Virus record (IMG/VR): IMGVR_UViG_3300037785_000007
Coordinates: 1-36,089 of that record
From: a virus
Taxonomy: Duplodnaviria; Caudoviricetes
Direction: 5' to 3' (one strand)
Length of the DNA stretch: 36,089 nt
Every line of letters starts with the position of its first letter. The stretch's first letter is position 1. The position numbers and the translations under genes were made by a program. The notes under the pieces were generated by a model. It was not told the DNA's origin and did not search any database. It saw only the letters and a program-made list of their open reading frames with translations. Shown here piece by piece: positions 18,162 through 28,189 of the stretch.

Positions 18162-20594
18162 TTATAGGACTTCGATGGAAGTCTCTACTCCCTGGAGTTC
18201 TTTAGAGTGGATTGAGGCTTTCTGGACTTCACCAAATAGCTCCGTTCCCGCAATGTGAATAGTGTCTTTCACGACTTTTCGATATTTATCTATCGACAAT
18301 CCACATCTTACCTGATAAGAGAACTCTTGGTAGAATCGACGGTCTCGGATTCGAGAGGTTCCATCCAAGTGAGATGTAGTGGTCAGGTAGTAACCCAGAG
18401 ACTTGCCTTGAGTCTTAGCAGATGCGCTCCCGGTGATCACGAAGTCCGAGAGGTCGCTAGTCAGCGTGAGGTCTTGCCCATCAAGGTAGCCGAACCCGGA
18501 TTGTAGAACCGTCACATTGGTCACAACACCACCCGCTGCGTTAACTGCGGCGCGGACTTTGAAGTTAAGACCCATGTAATCCTGAAGCGTAGTGACTGGC
18601 GCTCCAGTAACACTCGTTACCGAACCCGTAACCTTCGAAGTCATGGTATCTGGGTCTTGAATGAAGATGTTGTCTCCGACCTCGAACTCATCGTTGAAGG
18701 TGTTGAGGCGCAGAGCGATGTTCACCACCAAAGGAGAGGTGAACGAGAAGGACTTGACTACCCCAACGGCGCCGTCTTTGCTTCCGCCAGAGATGACTAC
18801 CTCGTCCCCGACCACCAACGCGACTAGGTTGTCTAGTGCCAGAGTCACGTTGACGTCTGGCTTCGCCGACGAGAAAATTCGAGGAGTGTGAATGAGGGCG
18901 AACTGGTCCGACGTGTAGCCAGATCCAGGGTTGAACCCGGTTATCGACAAGAGTTGTCCAATCGTGAACGACTCATAGGACAGCGCGTCACCTATCTCGG
19001 TCGTGATCGTCTCCGCGCCAGAAGGAGGGAAGCCGTAGTCGGGGCTGTTCAGCGGCTGGCTCAGATAGTCTGTTATCAGATCCGTGTTACGCGAGACTTC
19101 TTCGGTGTTTCGCAGCTCGGTGTTAGCCGTCGGCAGACTGAAGGTGAACCCCGATCCGCTCTCGATGGTAGCCAAGTTGGTGTACGTTATGGATTCTCTG
19201 GTAGGGCTGATTATCACTAGCTGGGTATCAGCGCCAGCGCTAGTTTCCAAGAAGTTCGAGTTAGACGTGTCGTAGTAGTAGATTCCAAGAGAAGCACTTC
19301 GCGCGCCGATCACGAACGCGTGAGCTACTTCATTAGAGGTGTTTGCAGATGTCACATCTTCTGGGCCGACCGCAGACTGTCCAGTGTTAGCGATAGCGTA
19401 CAGACTTCCCGGATTGGCAACGGCGTAGGAGTCTAGCTCCGCTTGGCTCGGTACGTACAGAGCCTCGAAATCTGCTGGCGTGACATAGTCGTCGATGCCA
19501 TAGCTGCCAGCCACGTCCGAGATCGCCGAAGCGTCCCAAGACACGGTCACGGTATTTCCAGATACGTTAGAGACGACCCCTTTGCGAAGAGGATCTACGA
19601 TATCTGTGGAAGACGTATTCGCCGTACACCAGATTATGTCCCCGACGCTAGTGTTGGCTAAGCCTGGAACCTCGTACGACACGTTGAACTGCTTCACGTC
19701 ATAAAGTATGGAGTCCGAGAAGGTGCTGGTCGTGCGAATGATCTTACCGTTGGTGCCGTCTGTAGTGTAGACCTTCGTGTAGTCGGTGTCCAGAGAATAC
19801 CCGTAGCCATTATCGGTGACGGTCAGCGCCACGCGGTCGGTCGCGTCGGCTACCGAATCTACTCGCACTTTCGCGAGGCTACCCGTGCTAGAGGAGACGT
19901 CTAGAAGCTGGCCGATCTCGAAGCTGAGACCGCCTTCGGTGATAGTGACGTTGTCCAAAGACCCCAAGACGAATGGCGCGTCTTGAAGACTACCGTCGTC
20001 CGTGATATACTCATCTTTGGCAAAGGTTCCCGCCACGTTAGACAGGTAGAAGATGTCTATGAGAATGCCATTGATTCGCTTAGTGACGTACCCGTCTACC
20101 GTAGCTGACGCTCCTGACGTGGCTCCATATATCTTCTTCCCAAGGAATCCTACGTTGCGACTGGTGCGGGACACTTCGATGTAAGCCGGAATGACGTAAC
20201 GGGAGTCCGATGGCTTGAATATGTCCTGCGCCGGGTAGTACACGTCGCTCTCTTCGCCAAAGAGCATGATCATCAATAGCTTCAGGGATTTCTCAGTACC
20301 GCGAGAACGATACAGATCCACGACGTGCTTTATGATGAATCGATTATCCGAAGCCGCGACGTATGGAAAGTCTTTGAGATACTTCTCCTTGAAATGCGAT
20401 ACGAACTCATCTAGAGTGGTGTCGATATCTTTATACGTGAGAAGATTTCGGGCTTCTTTCGTGGTGTACTGTCTCGTCTCTTCTAGGTATTCGTAATACG
20501 CCTCGACAAACGCAACCAGTTCTGCCCCGTCTTCTCGATATAGAGCGGGGAATTGGCTGGCAATCTGATATGCGATTCTGTCGTTAAGCTGCAT
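18162..20594 (-). CDS. gp7: Baseplate wedge initiator gp7-like (810 aa)
   Basis: FVEAYYEYLE, LYRSRGTEKS and C-terminal IRDRRFYQEFSY...HIAGTELFGE motifs; lies between gp6 and gp8. Confidence 0.8.
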   Translation of the reverse strand: MQLNDRIAYQIASQFPALYREDGAELVAFVEAYYEYLEETRQYTTKEARNLLTYKDIDTTLDEFVSHFKEKYLKDFPYVAASDNRFIIKHVVDLYRSRGTEKSLKLLMIMLFGEESDVYYPAQDIFKPSDSRYVIPAYIEVSRTSRNVGFLGKKIYGATSGASATVDGYVTKRINGILIDIFYLSNVAGTFAKDEYITDDGSLQDAPFVLGSLDNVTITEGGLSFEIGQLLDVSSSTGSLAKVRVDSVADATDRVALTVTDNGYGYSLDTDYTKVYTTDGTNGKIIRTTSTFSDSILYDVKQFNVSYEVPGLANTSVGDIIWCTANTSSTDIVDPLRKGVVSNVSGNTVTVSWDASAISDVAGSYGIDDYVTPADFEALYVPSQAELDSYAVANPGSLYAIANTGQSAVGPEDVTSANTSNEVAHAFVIGARSASLGIYYYDTSNSNFLETSAGADTQLVIISPTRESITYTNLATIESGSGFTFSLPTANTELRNTEEVSRNTDLITDYLSQPLNSPDYGFPPSGAETITTEIGDALSYESFTIGQLLSITGFNPGSGYTSDQFALIHTPRIFSSAKPDVNVTLALDNLVALVVGDEVVISGGSKDGAVGVVKSFSFTSPLVVNIALRLNTFNDEFEVGDNIFIQDPDTMTSKVTGSVTSVTGAPVTTLQDYMGLNFKVRAAVNAAGGVVTNVTVLQSGFGYLDGQDLTLTSDLSDFVITGSASAKTQGKSLGYYLTTTSHLDGTSRIRDRRFYQEFSYQVRCGLSIDKYRKVVKDTIHIAGTELFGEVQKASIHSKELQGVETSIEVL

Positions 20595-22330
20595 TAGACT
20601 CTTACACCTTGGACCGATATAGTGACGTCTGTAGACCTTATTCTAACCATGCGGTCCTTTGGAGAAGACACATCTAGGTTAACGGGAGTTGCGATTATCT
20701 GCAATTCGGTTCCAGTATAAGACTGCACCCCGAAGTTTATGAGGGCGACTTCTCCAGATTGATAATCGACCGTTCCCACGTTACCGTAGACGACCGTTTC
20801 ACCCGTGCCTGATCTTACGACTTGGACAATACCGTTGCCGTCATCTTTCAAGACCGCAGTGTTACCAGCCGCTGTCACGAATGCCGAAGAGGTCAAGGAA
20901 GAAATCGGGTTGTTGAACTTGAGGTCGTAGTTCCGCGTGGTGTTGACTACAGGCTGTTGCGCGAGGACTAGGCGCGCGGTAGTCTCGTTAGAAACGATAT
21001 CTGGATCGGCGTCGTCAATCGCTGCGACCAGCTTGGACTGGCGATACGTCTTACCAAAGTCCGAGAGGGAGTTGATCGAATAGTTGGCGATAGCGTCTAG
21101 CGCCTTCGTGCGAATCTCTGTGGTGCTCAGAGCCGACTTGTTCAGGTTGTAGTAGACTTTGGTATTGAGCTGGACGTACATGTACTGTGGAGCTACGAAA
21201 ATCGGCTCGATGGACAGCGGCGAGACGTCGCGCAGGAAAGACGTGTACTTGCTCTGGAGAGTCGCGCTGATATTGTCGGTTCCAGCAACGTCTATCGCAA
21301 CCGCGACGCGCCCGTAACGAGGAGGATCTAGCTCTTCCCCGCCATAAACCGAGACCGCGTTGATCTCGCTGAAGCGGTTCTTCAGCAAGATACGATAGTC
21401 AGCTTCGGTGATGGCCCGTTCCTGAATCTGTAGCGCCTTTGGGGCGAAGAACTGGATAGACTCCTTGGTCTCTCGCTCGGCCCCTCCCTCAGCGATGGTG
21501 TTGCTGATAACTGTGGCCGAGTAGCCGTTGATGTTTGTGGCTGGGTCGAAGCCAGTAGCTCCGTTTGGCTCATCGGCCAAGCAGGTGCGGTACTCAATCT
21601 CCACGACGTTACCGATGAGTGGCTGAGAGCCAAAGCGGTCGCGCCCGAACTCTACCTTGTACTTGTCGTCAAACGAAGCTTCCACGTAGAAGACGGAGTC
21701 GTCTGTGGATACACCAAACAGGTTCTGCTTACGGGTGTACTCCGTTCGGGTGGAGTCAGCTTCGTCAGTCTCGCGGACGAAGACTTTGATGCTGTCTACG
21801 TCTACGTTGGTGTTGCTCAGTTCGAAAGATTGGTTCGCTTCGGTGACGTCGAACAGTTCGGTGATGTATCGGCCTTCGTAGATCGGAAGAGCCGTGTACG
21901 TGAAGACGCCATTCAGTGGTGACACGCTCACGGTCTCATCGGAGTAGAAGGTGTACACTTTATTTCCACAGACTGCGGTGAAGCGGGTCTTGCGCGGGAT
22001 GGTGACCGATGCTAGAGTGCTTGGAGCCTTTATGCGAACGTCTACCAGCGCGCGGGCGCTCTTGCGCGAGCGCGGGAGATACCCCAGGCCCTTAGCATGG
22101 GAGATAGCCGAGTCGCGAAGCTGCGCGCTGTCCAAGAACATCTCGGACACGGCCATGTTAGTGTAGAAGTTGTTCTGGTAGGTGTTGTAAGCTAGAATGT
22201 CCAGCAACACCGACATGTTCGACCCGTCAAAGTCGTAGTCCTTAAACCGATCTTGACCTCGCAGATATTCCTTGAGGTTGGTCTTGATCTGATTGAAGTC
22301 TAGCTCGGTGAATTTCTTGGTCGAGGCCAT
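20594..22330 (-). CDS. gp6: Baseplate wedge subunit gp6
   Basis: LDFNQIKTNL, DYDFDGSNMSVLLDILAYNT, SEMFLDSAQLR, QERAITEADY, VYGGEE..PPRYGRV and GTVDY motifs. Confidence 0.95.
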   Translation of the reverse strand: MASTKKFTELDFNQIKTNLKEYLRGQDRFKDYDFDGSNMSVLLDILAYNTYQNNFYTNMAVSEMFLDSAQLRDSAISHAKGLGYLPRSRKSARALVDVRIKAPSTLASVTIPRKTRFTAVCGNKVYTFYSDETVSVSPLNGVFTYTALPIYEGRYITELFDVTEANQSFELSNTNVDVDSIKVFVRETDEADSTRTEYTRKQNLFGVSTDDSVFYVEASFDDKYKVEFGRDRFGSQPLIGNVVEIEYRTCLADEPNGATGFDPATNINGYSATVISNTIAEGGAERETKESIQFFAPKALQIQERAITEADYRILLKNRFSEINAVSVYGGEELDPPRYGRVAVAIDVAGTDNISATLQSKYTSFLRDVSPLSIEPIFVAPQYMYVQLNTKVYYNLNKSALSTTEIRTKALDAIANYSINSLSDFGKTYRQSKLVAAIDDADPDIVSNETTARLVLAQQPVVNTTRNYDLKFNNPISSLTSSAFVTAAGNTAVLKDDGNGIVQVVRSGTGETVVYGNVGTVDYQSGEVALINFGVQSYTGTELQIIATPVNLDVSSPKDRMVRIRSTDVTISVQGVRV

Positions 22331-22737
22331 CAGCGCACTCTCTTTAGAATGGTCGTGAATACGATATCGTCTTCACTATTTATGACGTTGAAGACTATGG
22401 TAACCTGCAAAGCATTGTCGTCAATAGCAGACGTCACATCGACACTTAGGACATCGGCTCTTGGTTCATATTGACGTAGAGTCGTTTCGATGATACTCTT
22501 AATGGTGAATAGCAGGTCTGGGGTTATAGGGTTGAAGAGAAGCTTTCGAATCTCACACCCTAGCTCAGGCTGAAACGGACGTTCTCCACGATCGGTCAGC
22601 AGGAGATTGCGAATCGACTCCTTGACAGCCTCTTCGTTAGCTTTGCGAGCTACGTCATTGGAGACAGGATGTCGCGTGAGATCCTTGTGAAAGTCGAGGT
22701 ACAAGTCTTTTCGGTTGTCAAGTGGTGATCTAGACAT
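22330..22737 (-). CDS. gp25: Baseplate wedge subunit gp25
   Basis: AVKESIRNLLLTDRGERPFQPELG...YEPR motifs; directly upstream of gp6. Confidence 0.95.
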   Translation of the reverse strand: MSRSPLDNRKDLYLDFHKDLTRHPVSNDVARKANEEAVKESIRNLLLTDRGERPFQPELGCEIRKLLFNPITPDLLFTIKSIIETTLRQYEPRADVLSVDVTSAIDDNALQVTIVFNVINSEDDIVFTTILKRVR

Positions 22738-22747
22738 GTGCTATTCC

Positions 22748-24412
22748 TTATCGTCCGCCACGGCTGATGGTTCTTGGATCTTGTGGTAGTTCTCTCCAAC
22801 GCTGTAGACGTCCTGTGAAACCTTCCGGCGCGTACTGGCCAGATTTAATAAGGCCATCCTTGTGGGCTCCAAGGATGGCCATATGACGAGACCTCTCCCA
22901 CGACTGTCGCACCCCTCCGGTATCGATATGAATGAATCGGTTTCCAGTCCGGTCATAAACAGCAATCCCACCAAAACCTAGGTAAGAACATGCTGCGATG
23001 AACATGGGCATTTGAGGGTGAGACGGATCTATACTGAGGTCAAGAGCTTGCCCGCTCTTGTGTAGAGATTCTCTAGCTACACCTCTACTGTTACGTCTCA
23101 GGAGTTCATTATATAGTGGACTGCGGTAAGCGCTGCCGATGCCAACACCCTTCAACTCAGGCACGATTTCTAGAGCGTCGATGAGCTTGTCCCAAACATC
23201 AGGTTGAACCAATCTCCAGCCATCGTCGTCGTCGGCATCGCTGACCGTTTTGCCCATATTATATACTCCAGGCCCAAACACGAAGTATCCAGCTAGTCCC
23301 TGTGCGTTGATCTGGGTGATTAGGGTTGGGTGGCGCAATCTAGTCGGGTCGATCACAGGCGCCGGGTAACCACCCTCAATAGTGCCATCCCGAATATCAT
23401 CAACCTGTCCTGGTCTTCCAGATGCGCTAATGCGCGGTGCACCAAAGTCAACGGCGCCCTGGGTAACTCGCAGACCAAAAGAGTTGATCCTGCTGCGCAT
23501 TTCTTCGAACCGGCTCAAGTCTCCAGCTACTCGGTCGACCCCTCCAGACATGAATCCCTGCACCAGTTCGGAAAGCTGACACATACGAAACAGGAGAAGC
23601 GCGATGACTTCTGGGGTCAATTCCTTGAACTGAGCGACGGCGGCGCCAAGGAACGCTTCGATCTTGTCTTTCAGCTTACCGATGTTCAGATCCGACAACA
23701 TAGCCGCTGCTCGGTTAAGATTCTTAGTTAGTCTGGTGAATAGAGCCCGCGCACTTCCAGCTATCCCATTAAGAGCTTGGCGAAGCGATGCTACGCGATC
23801 TAGGAGGGTAGACTTGAGCTTGTCCACGATGTTGAACAAGACGTCTCTGATCGACGACAACGGCCCGAGTATCGCCTGAGCGCCGGCTAAGACTTGATTC
23901 AAGATAGCTTGTGGGTTCTGCAACATCTCGAATATGCCGAACGCGGCTAAGAATGGGTTTATCAGAGAACCACACGTAGCGTTATTGAGGCTATTCGCCA
24001 CGTTCTCGGTGTAATAGTAGTCTAGTTCGCGAATTAGTCTTTCAGGTTCGCCTCCTTCTGGGAAATTCACTACTCCTTGATCGACCAGAGACTTAGCTTC
24101 CAAGTATAGAGCGTTAACAGATTCTATCGTATGACCAGTCTGGTTCATGTAATCTGCGTATTCTGGGTACAGGATAGGAGCCTGAGAAAAGCGGTTGTGC
24201 AGATTCGGAAACCGTGCTAAGTTGACCTGCGGTATGAGGTTGTTCAGGTTACTGGTCAGCAACTGGAGCGCGAACTGATTATACCTTGCAGCGGGATTAT
24301 TTTGCAGGTCCAATAGCTCGGTCATGTCCAGATTGTCGATAAAATCTCGACTGGTAGAACGTAGCAATATGTCGCTGTACTTCTCGGCTAGGCGAGTTGG
24401 CTTACAGATCAT
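22748..24412 (-). CDS. Baseplate-region protein with a long helical N-terminus and a C-terminal peptidase M15 (YcbK/MepK-like) Zn domain (554 aa)
   Basis: SAYRSPLYN...GVARESLHKSGQALDL...FGGIAVY...FIHIDTG carries the H-x6-D...HxD zinc-ligand pattern of M15 peptidases. Confidence 0.85.
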   Translation of the reverse strand: MICKPTRLAEKYSDILLRSTSRDFIDNLDMTELLDLQNNPAARYNQFALQLLTSNLNNLIPQVNLARFPNLHNRFSQAPILYPEYADYMNQTGHTIESVNALYLEAKSLVDQGVVNFPEGGEPERLIRELDYYYTENVANSLNNATCGSLINPFLAAFGIFEMLQNPQAILNQVLAGAQAILGPLSSIRDVLFNIVDKLKSTLLDRVASLRQALNGIAGSARALFTRLTKNLNRAAAMLSDLNIGKLKDKIEAFLGAAVAQFKELTPEVIALLLFRMCQLSELVQGFMSGGVDRVAGDLSRFEEMRSRINSFGLRVTQGAVDFGAPRISASGRPGQVDDIRDGTIEGGYPAPVIDPTRLRHPTLITQINAQGLAGYFVFGPGVYNMGKTVSDADDDDGWRLVQPDVWDKLIDALEIVPELKGVGIGSAYRSPLYNELLRRNSRGVARESLHKSGQALDLSIDPSHPQMPMFIAACSYLGFGGIAVYDRTGNRFIHIDTGGVRQSWERSRHMAILGAHKDGLIKSGQYAPEGFTGRLQRWRELPQDPRTISRGGR

Positions 24413-25329
24413 TAGTCACCTGCGTCATTCGGATCGTCTAGATCAACTGTGTTAATACCTGTCGGGTTCTGTGGTGCTCGGGAGGTTACTCTATCTACAC
24501 CAGAACCGTTCGAAATTCGGCTTGGAGGCGGTGCGTCTAGTTCCTGTCGCTGCGGGTTCTCGTAGTTTCCAGAGCCACCGTTAGCTAGCTGGACGTCATC
24601 GGAATCGACAAACACCTGACCGCCTTTGACGTCAACGGTACCGTTAGAGCCCAGAGACAGCGCGTTCTCTGCCCCAACTGATACTGTCTTACCACCGATG
24701 CTGGCGTTGTCGTCTCTTGCGGTTATGCCAACGCGCGCACCCTGAATCTCGACACCCTGACCAGAGTTGATCGTCGTGCGCCCGCGAGCGGTCACGTTGA
24801 AGTTCTCACATTCGATATCCAAGTCTCCTGCGATAGAGATTCGCCCGGTGCCACTCTCTACGAGGATAGACATGCCACCTCCCGCTGACACGTTGAAGTC
24901 GGACTCAGCGCGGATGAATTGATTGTCCCCGCTAAAGTGGCCATCGGTAGGCGACTTGATTAGGATGTTGCCGTTCGAGTCGATCTGGACGGTAGCGCCA
25001 GACTCGTGGAGGATCTGGATGTACTTGGCGTCGTCGTTGATCGTAAGGTTGCTGCCGGATCGACGCGTCTGTATAGACGTCGAGTTGTAAGACTTGCCGG
25101 GTACGATTACCGATGGCTCGACGTAGGTCTGTTCAACTTCTTCGCCGGTCTCTGGATCCTCGACCTTACGGCCGATTGGGAACGTAGTCTCATGGGAGCT
25201 TATAGAGGCATAGAAGTCTGCGTCATATTGGATTTCACCACCCATATGCAGAGGCATAGGTGGGAGACCCCAGTCGTCTAGCGCTCGGTTCGTCACACCC
25301 GAAAATGATAGTCTCTTTTTCTGAGGCAT
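24412..25329 (-). CDS. gp5: gp5 C-terminal part (beta-helix spike region), 305 aa
   Basis: SYNSTSIQTRRSG..LTINDD...IQILHESGATVQIDSNG matches the gp5 YPxN...TxSGH..E.DD...H.SGT..EI pattern and is followed by short beta repeats. Confidence 0.75.
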   Translation of the reverse strand: MPQKKRLSFSGVTNRALDDWGLPPMPLHMGGEIQYDADFYASISSHETTFPIGRKVEDPETGEEVEQTYVEPSVIVPGKSYNSTSIQTRRSGSNLTINDDAKYIQILHESGATVQIDSNGNILIKSPTDGHFSGDNQFIRAESDFNVSAGGGMSILVESGTGRISIAGDLDIECENFNVTARGRTTINSGQGVEIQGARVGITARDDNASIGGKTVSVGAENALSLGSNGTVDVKGGQVFVDSDDVQLANGGSGNYENPQRQELDAPPPSRISNGSGVDRVTSRAPQNPTGINTVDLDDPNDAGD

Positions 25330-25342
25330 TATTAGTCTACTC

Positions 25343-26293
25343 TCAATCTATTGCGGGTGGGTTTCGTCGGCTGTAATAGTCGTTCATGCTGCTTGGTGTA
25401 ATTCTACCATCTGAGCCGCGCCAACCAGGGTTAACACTCCAGAATCTCCCACCAATAGAATACGGACGATCCCCACTCGGTGACACCCATTCTCCCAAGT
25501 CTCTGTTTGGAGCCCAGCTACTTAGCGCAGGAGCGCCCTGAAGTATACCAAGACCCTGAGCGGAAGACCATCCTCTGCTGGCGTTGTAATCTAGCGATCT
25601 ACCATACAGCCTTAGCTGTTCGGCTGGCGACATCGCAGCAATTTCTCTAGACGTATATTGACCGCCGAGACCGCCAGTATTTGTGCCCATCTGGAACAGA
25701 CCACCATAACCACCACCTGGCGAGATAGCGTCTGCTCGATAGCTACTTTCACCAGCAGCAATTCCGTAGACTTCTTCTCTGGTGAGATTGTGGGTAGTCA
25801 TGATTCGCTGTAGTTCAGCTTGGAACTCGGGATCGTTGTCTAGGGCTGCGATTCGCTCTCTTTCAGAAGCTCCAGGCATGTACGGCTGCACTGGTCGACC
25901 GTTCGTCGGGTTATCAGTACCACCACCCGTAGTTTCAGTAGTCCCTGTAGTACGCTGTGGCGCTTCCATGTCGTTCAGGTTGGTTCCCGGAATCATCCCG
26001 AGCACGATTGGAATCTGGGCGTCGTCTCCGTCGATAAAGCACCCGAAGACCCACTCCAGCTCATTCGGAAGAGAAGCGACCCCACCGTAAGTCCCGTCTA
26101 CGCAGGGAGCCCAGGGCAAGTCTTCATCTTCTACGATGTTGAAGCGAGCGTGGTCGTCTTCGGTGTCCAAATCGTTGAACGGGTGGTACCCGATGATTCG
26201 AATCCTCACGCGCATACCCATCGCCGGATCTTGTTTGTCCACCACCTTAGCGATGAAGAATCTGGCGTTGATTGGCATACCAATATTGAACAT
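25343..26293 (-). CDS. gp5: gp5 N-terminal part: OB-fold plus a lysozyme-like/lytic transglycosylase domain (316 aa)
   Basis: FFIAKVVDKQDP...RVRIRIIGYH...DLPWA...WVFGCFIDGDDAQIPIVLG (gp5 OB-fold), then a T/G linker, then IAAGESSYRADA...YGGLFQM (SLT-like ES...GLxQ). Confidence 0.85.
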   Translation of the reverse strand: MFNIGMPINARFFIAKVVDKQDPAMGMRVRIRIIGYHPFNDLDTEDDHARFNIVEDEDLPWAPCVDGTYGGVASLPNELEWVFGCFIDGDDAQIPIVLGMIPGTNLNDMEAPQRTTGTTETTGGGTDNPTNGRPVQPYMPGASERERIAALDNDPEFQAELQRIMTTHNLTREEVYGIAAGESSYRADAISPGGGYGGLFQMGTNTGGLGGQYTSREIAAMSPAEQLRLYGRSLDYNASRGWSSAQGLGILQGAPALSSWAPNRDLGEWVSPSGDRPYSIGGRFWSVNPGWRGSDGRITPSSMNDYYSRRNPPAID

Positions 26294-27627
26294 TAGTCGG
26301 CTCTCACTAATTCAAGATTTTGAGTGTAGAAGTTCTCCATGAATACGTTGTTCACGGACTCTACTATATAGAGACCACTCAGGTAAGGGTCTAGTTCATT
26401 ACCCTGCGTCATCTTAGGGAGTTTCAAGTAGATTATCGACCCAGCTACAATCGTGCTATTGCCGTGTATCTTCGCGTTGATTCGCTTTCGATTGAACGAT
26501 TGGAACACGGATGGTTTGTGATTGTATATCTCTTCGTAATACGGCTGCGGTCGATAAGCGTAAGCGCTATCTTCTCCCTGTTCAGCATAGTCTTTGAAGA
26601 CATATCTGGTAACTGGCATAGACAGATGTTTGCGAATAAACGGCTCCGAGTATTGAGTTTTTCTAGCTCTTGTTTCTAGCTGATAAGACCTTCTTTCGTC
26701 CAAGTATTCGTAGGTGGAATAAGTGTCATTTCTTGTTTCTGGAGATATGACTCCTACCCTTTTGCTGAACTCGCTATTGGTTATCGACAACAGGGTGTTG
26801 TTGTAACTGGCTACCTTATAGGATATCAGGTTCTGCATCTTCTGGAGTTCGCCTTCTGGCGTGCGGTCGTCTATTCCAGAGTTGTAGTAATAGACTGGGT
26901 AATCGGCAGCGCCAGCCGCTTCCCTGGCTTCTTCAGCCAACTGGTTCAGGTACTCCATCGTGATGAAGTAGTAGCCATCTCGGTTCTCGAAGAAGCGATA
27001 AGTCTGCGACTTGCTTCTCGCAGAGAAAGCTTTTCGAGACATCAGGTGCATAGCTTCTTCAGGTCGCATTGGAGGGATGATGATCTTCTGTGGACCATCG
27101 GTTGGCTCAATAACGATGCTCTTCTTGGTGCCGTACTGTGGCTCTTCTCCAATATAGTAGTCTTCAAACAAGACTTGGACCTGATCCGATATTGGACTGT
27201 AGATCCGATCAGTGCCAGATCCCTCCGCGATGCAGCGATTGACCAAGTGGGTGTGCGAAAAGAACTTGCCGATGGAAACGAAGTTGATACGATATCCAAC
27301 AGCGGTATCTTGGTTCTCCAAGAACGGGTCTATCTCGGTGATGGAGTAGACGAAGAACTCCTCTTCCCGTTTGTTCTCTAAGAAGTCTTCGTACTGAATT
27401 ATCAGGCGCTCTTCTCCGACTACAGGCAGGTCGTAGAATATCCCAACACCGTCGTAAATCTTCGCCGAACCAAAGACGTAACCGGACTTGAGAGACTCGG
27501 TAATGGAGAACTCGTGGACTAGATACGTGAGATCCGCAGACTTTCCCGCCGCTTCGTTATAGCGGCGAATCTCCATCTTCTTGAGTCGAAAAGTGCCTGC
27601 TGGGTTGTAACCTTCAGATTGCGCCAT
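26293..27627 (-). CDS. Baseplate hub protein, gp27-like (444 aa)
   Basis: Lies between gp53 and gp5; LPVVGEE, YRFFENRDGYYF and IHGN...AG...LSGLYIVESV motifs. Confidence 0.7.
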   Translation of the reverse strand: MAQSEGYNPAGTFRLKKMEIRRYNEAAGKSADLTYLVHEFSITESLKSGYVFGSAKIYDGVGIFYDLPVVGEERLIIQYEDFLENKREEEFFVYSITEIDPFLENQDTAVGYRINFVSIGKFFSHTHLVNRCIAEGSGTDRIYSPISDQVQVLFEDYYIGEEPQYGTKKSIVIEPTDGPQKIIIPPMRPEEAMHLMSRKAFSARSKSQTYRFFENRDGYYFITMEYLNQLAEEAREAAGAADYPVYYYNSGIDDRTPEGELQKMQNLISYKVASYNNTLLSITNSEFSKRVGVISPETRNDTYSTYEYLDERRSYQLETRARKTQYSEPFIRKHLSMPVTRYVFKDYAEQGEDSAYAYRPQPYYEEIYNHKPSVFQSFNRKRINAKIHGNSTIVAGSIIYLKLPKMTQGNELDPYLSGLYIVESVNNVFMENFYTQNLELVRAD

Positions 27628-28189
27628 CCATTATTTCCCTTAGTTCATCTTCTATTTGAGACACGTAGCGCTTGTCTACTACGCGTATGTTGCGCTTAGC
27701 CTCATTCTGAATATCTTCGTAGTCATAAACGCGCATAGCAGTCCAGTCACCACCAACGAATGCTGGGTCTAGCGTCTGAGATAGCGTGTACGTGCTCGGA
27801 GATATCCGAGTGCCCTCTGCGTTTTCGTAGTACACGACATTGTCGGTGATGGATTGGTTCTGCGTCCAAGCGACGACCGCGTACCCAGTTGTCCCAGCTT
27901 GCTCTGCGTATTTATCGATCAGGTACTGGTAGAACTTGTCTTGAGACATCGGCCATTGCTCGTATGGATCCAGAATGTCGTTAGCGAGGAGGATTAGCCA
28001 AGACATGGCCGCGTCCCCGTAGTAAAGGTAAGCCAGCTCTTCTGGCGACTCGTCATTCTTGATCGTGTACGGCAAGAACAGGTACGGATCTGACAAAAGC
28101 CGCTCCTGCACCCGAACTCTTCGAGTGATGTTCGTAGCTACCTTGCCGTCGTACGTGATGCGTGGAAAGTATCTAAAGTATCTGGACAT
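27614..28189 (-). CDS. gp53: Baseplate wedge subunit gp53 (LysM-like)
   Basis: YFRYFPRITY, YTIKNDESPEELAYLYYGD...WLILLANDILDPYEQWP and YE...NEAKRNI motifs. Confidence 0.92.
   Translation of the reverse strand: MSRYFRYFPRITYDGKVATNITRRVRVQERLLSDPYLFLPYTIKNDESPEELAYLYYGDAAMSWLILLANDILDPYEQWPMSQDKFYQYLIDKYAEQAGTTGYAVVAWTQNQSITDNVVYYENAEGTRISPSTYTLSQTLDPAFVGGDWTAMRVYDYEDIQNEAKRNIRVVDKRYVSQIEDELREIMDGAI

Noticed and set aside
25330-25345. Read-through or programmed frameshift joining the two gp5 halves
   Set aside because: TGA is followed by an in-frame TAG two codons later, the downstream frame has a TAG seven codons upstream of its ATG, and I see no slippery heptamer.
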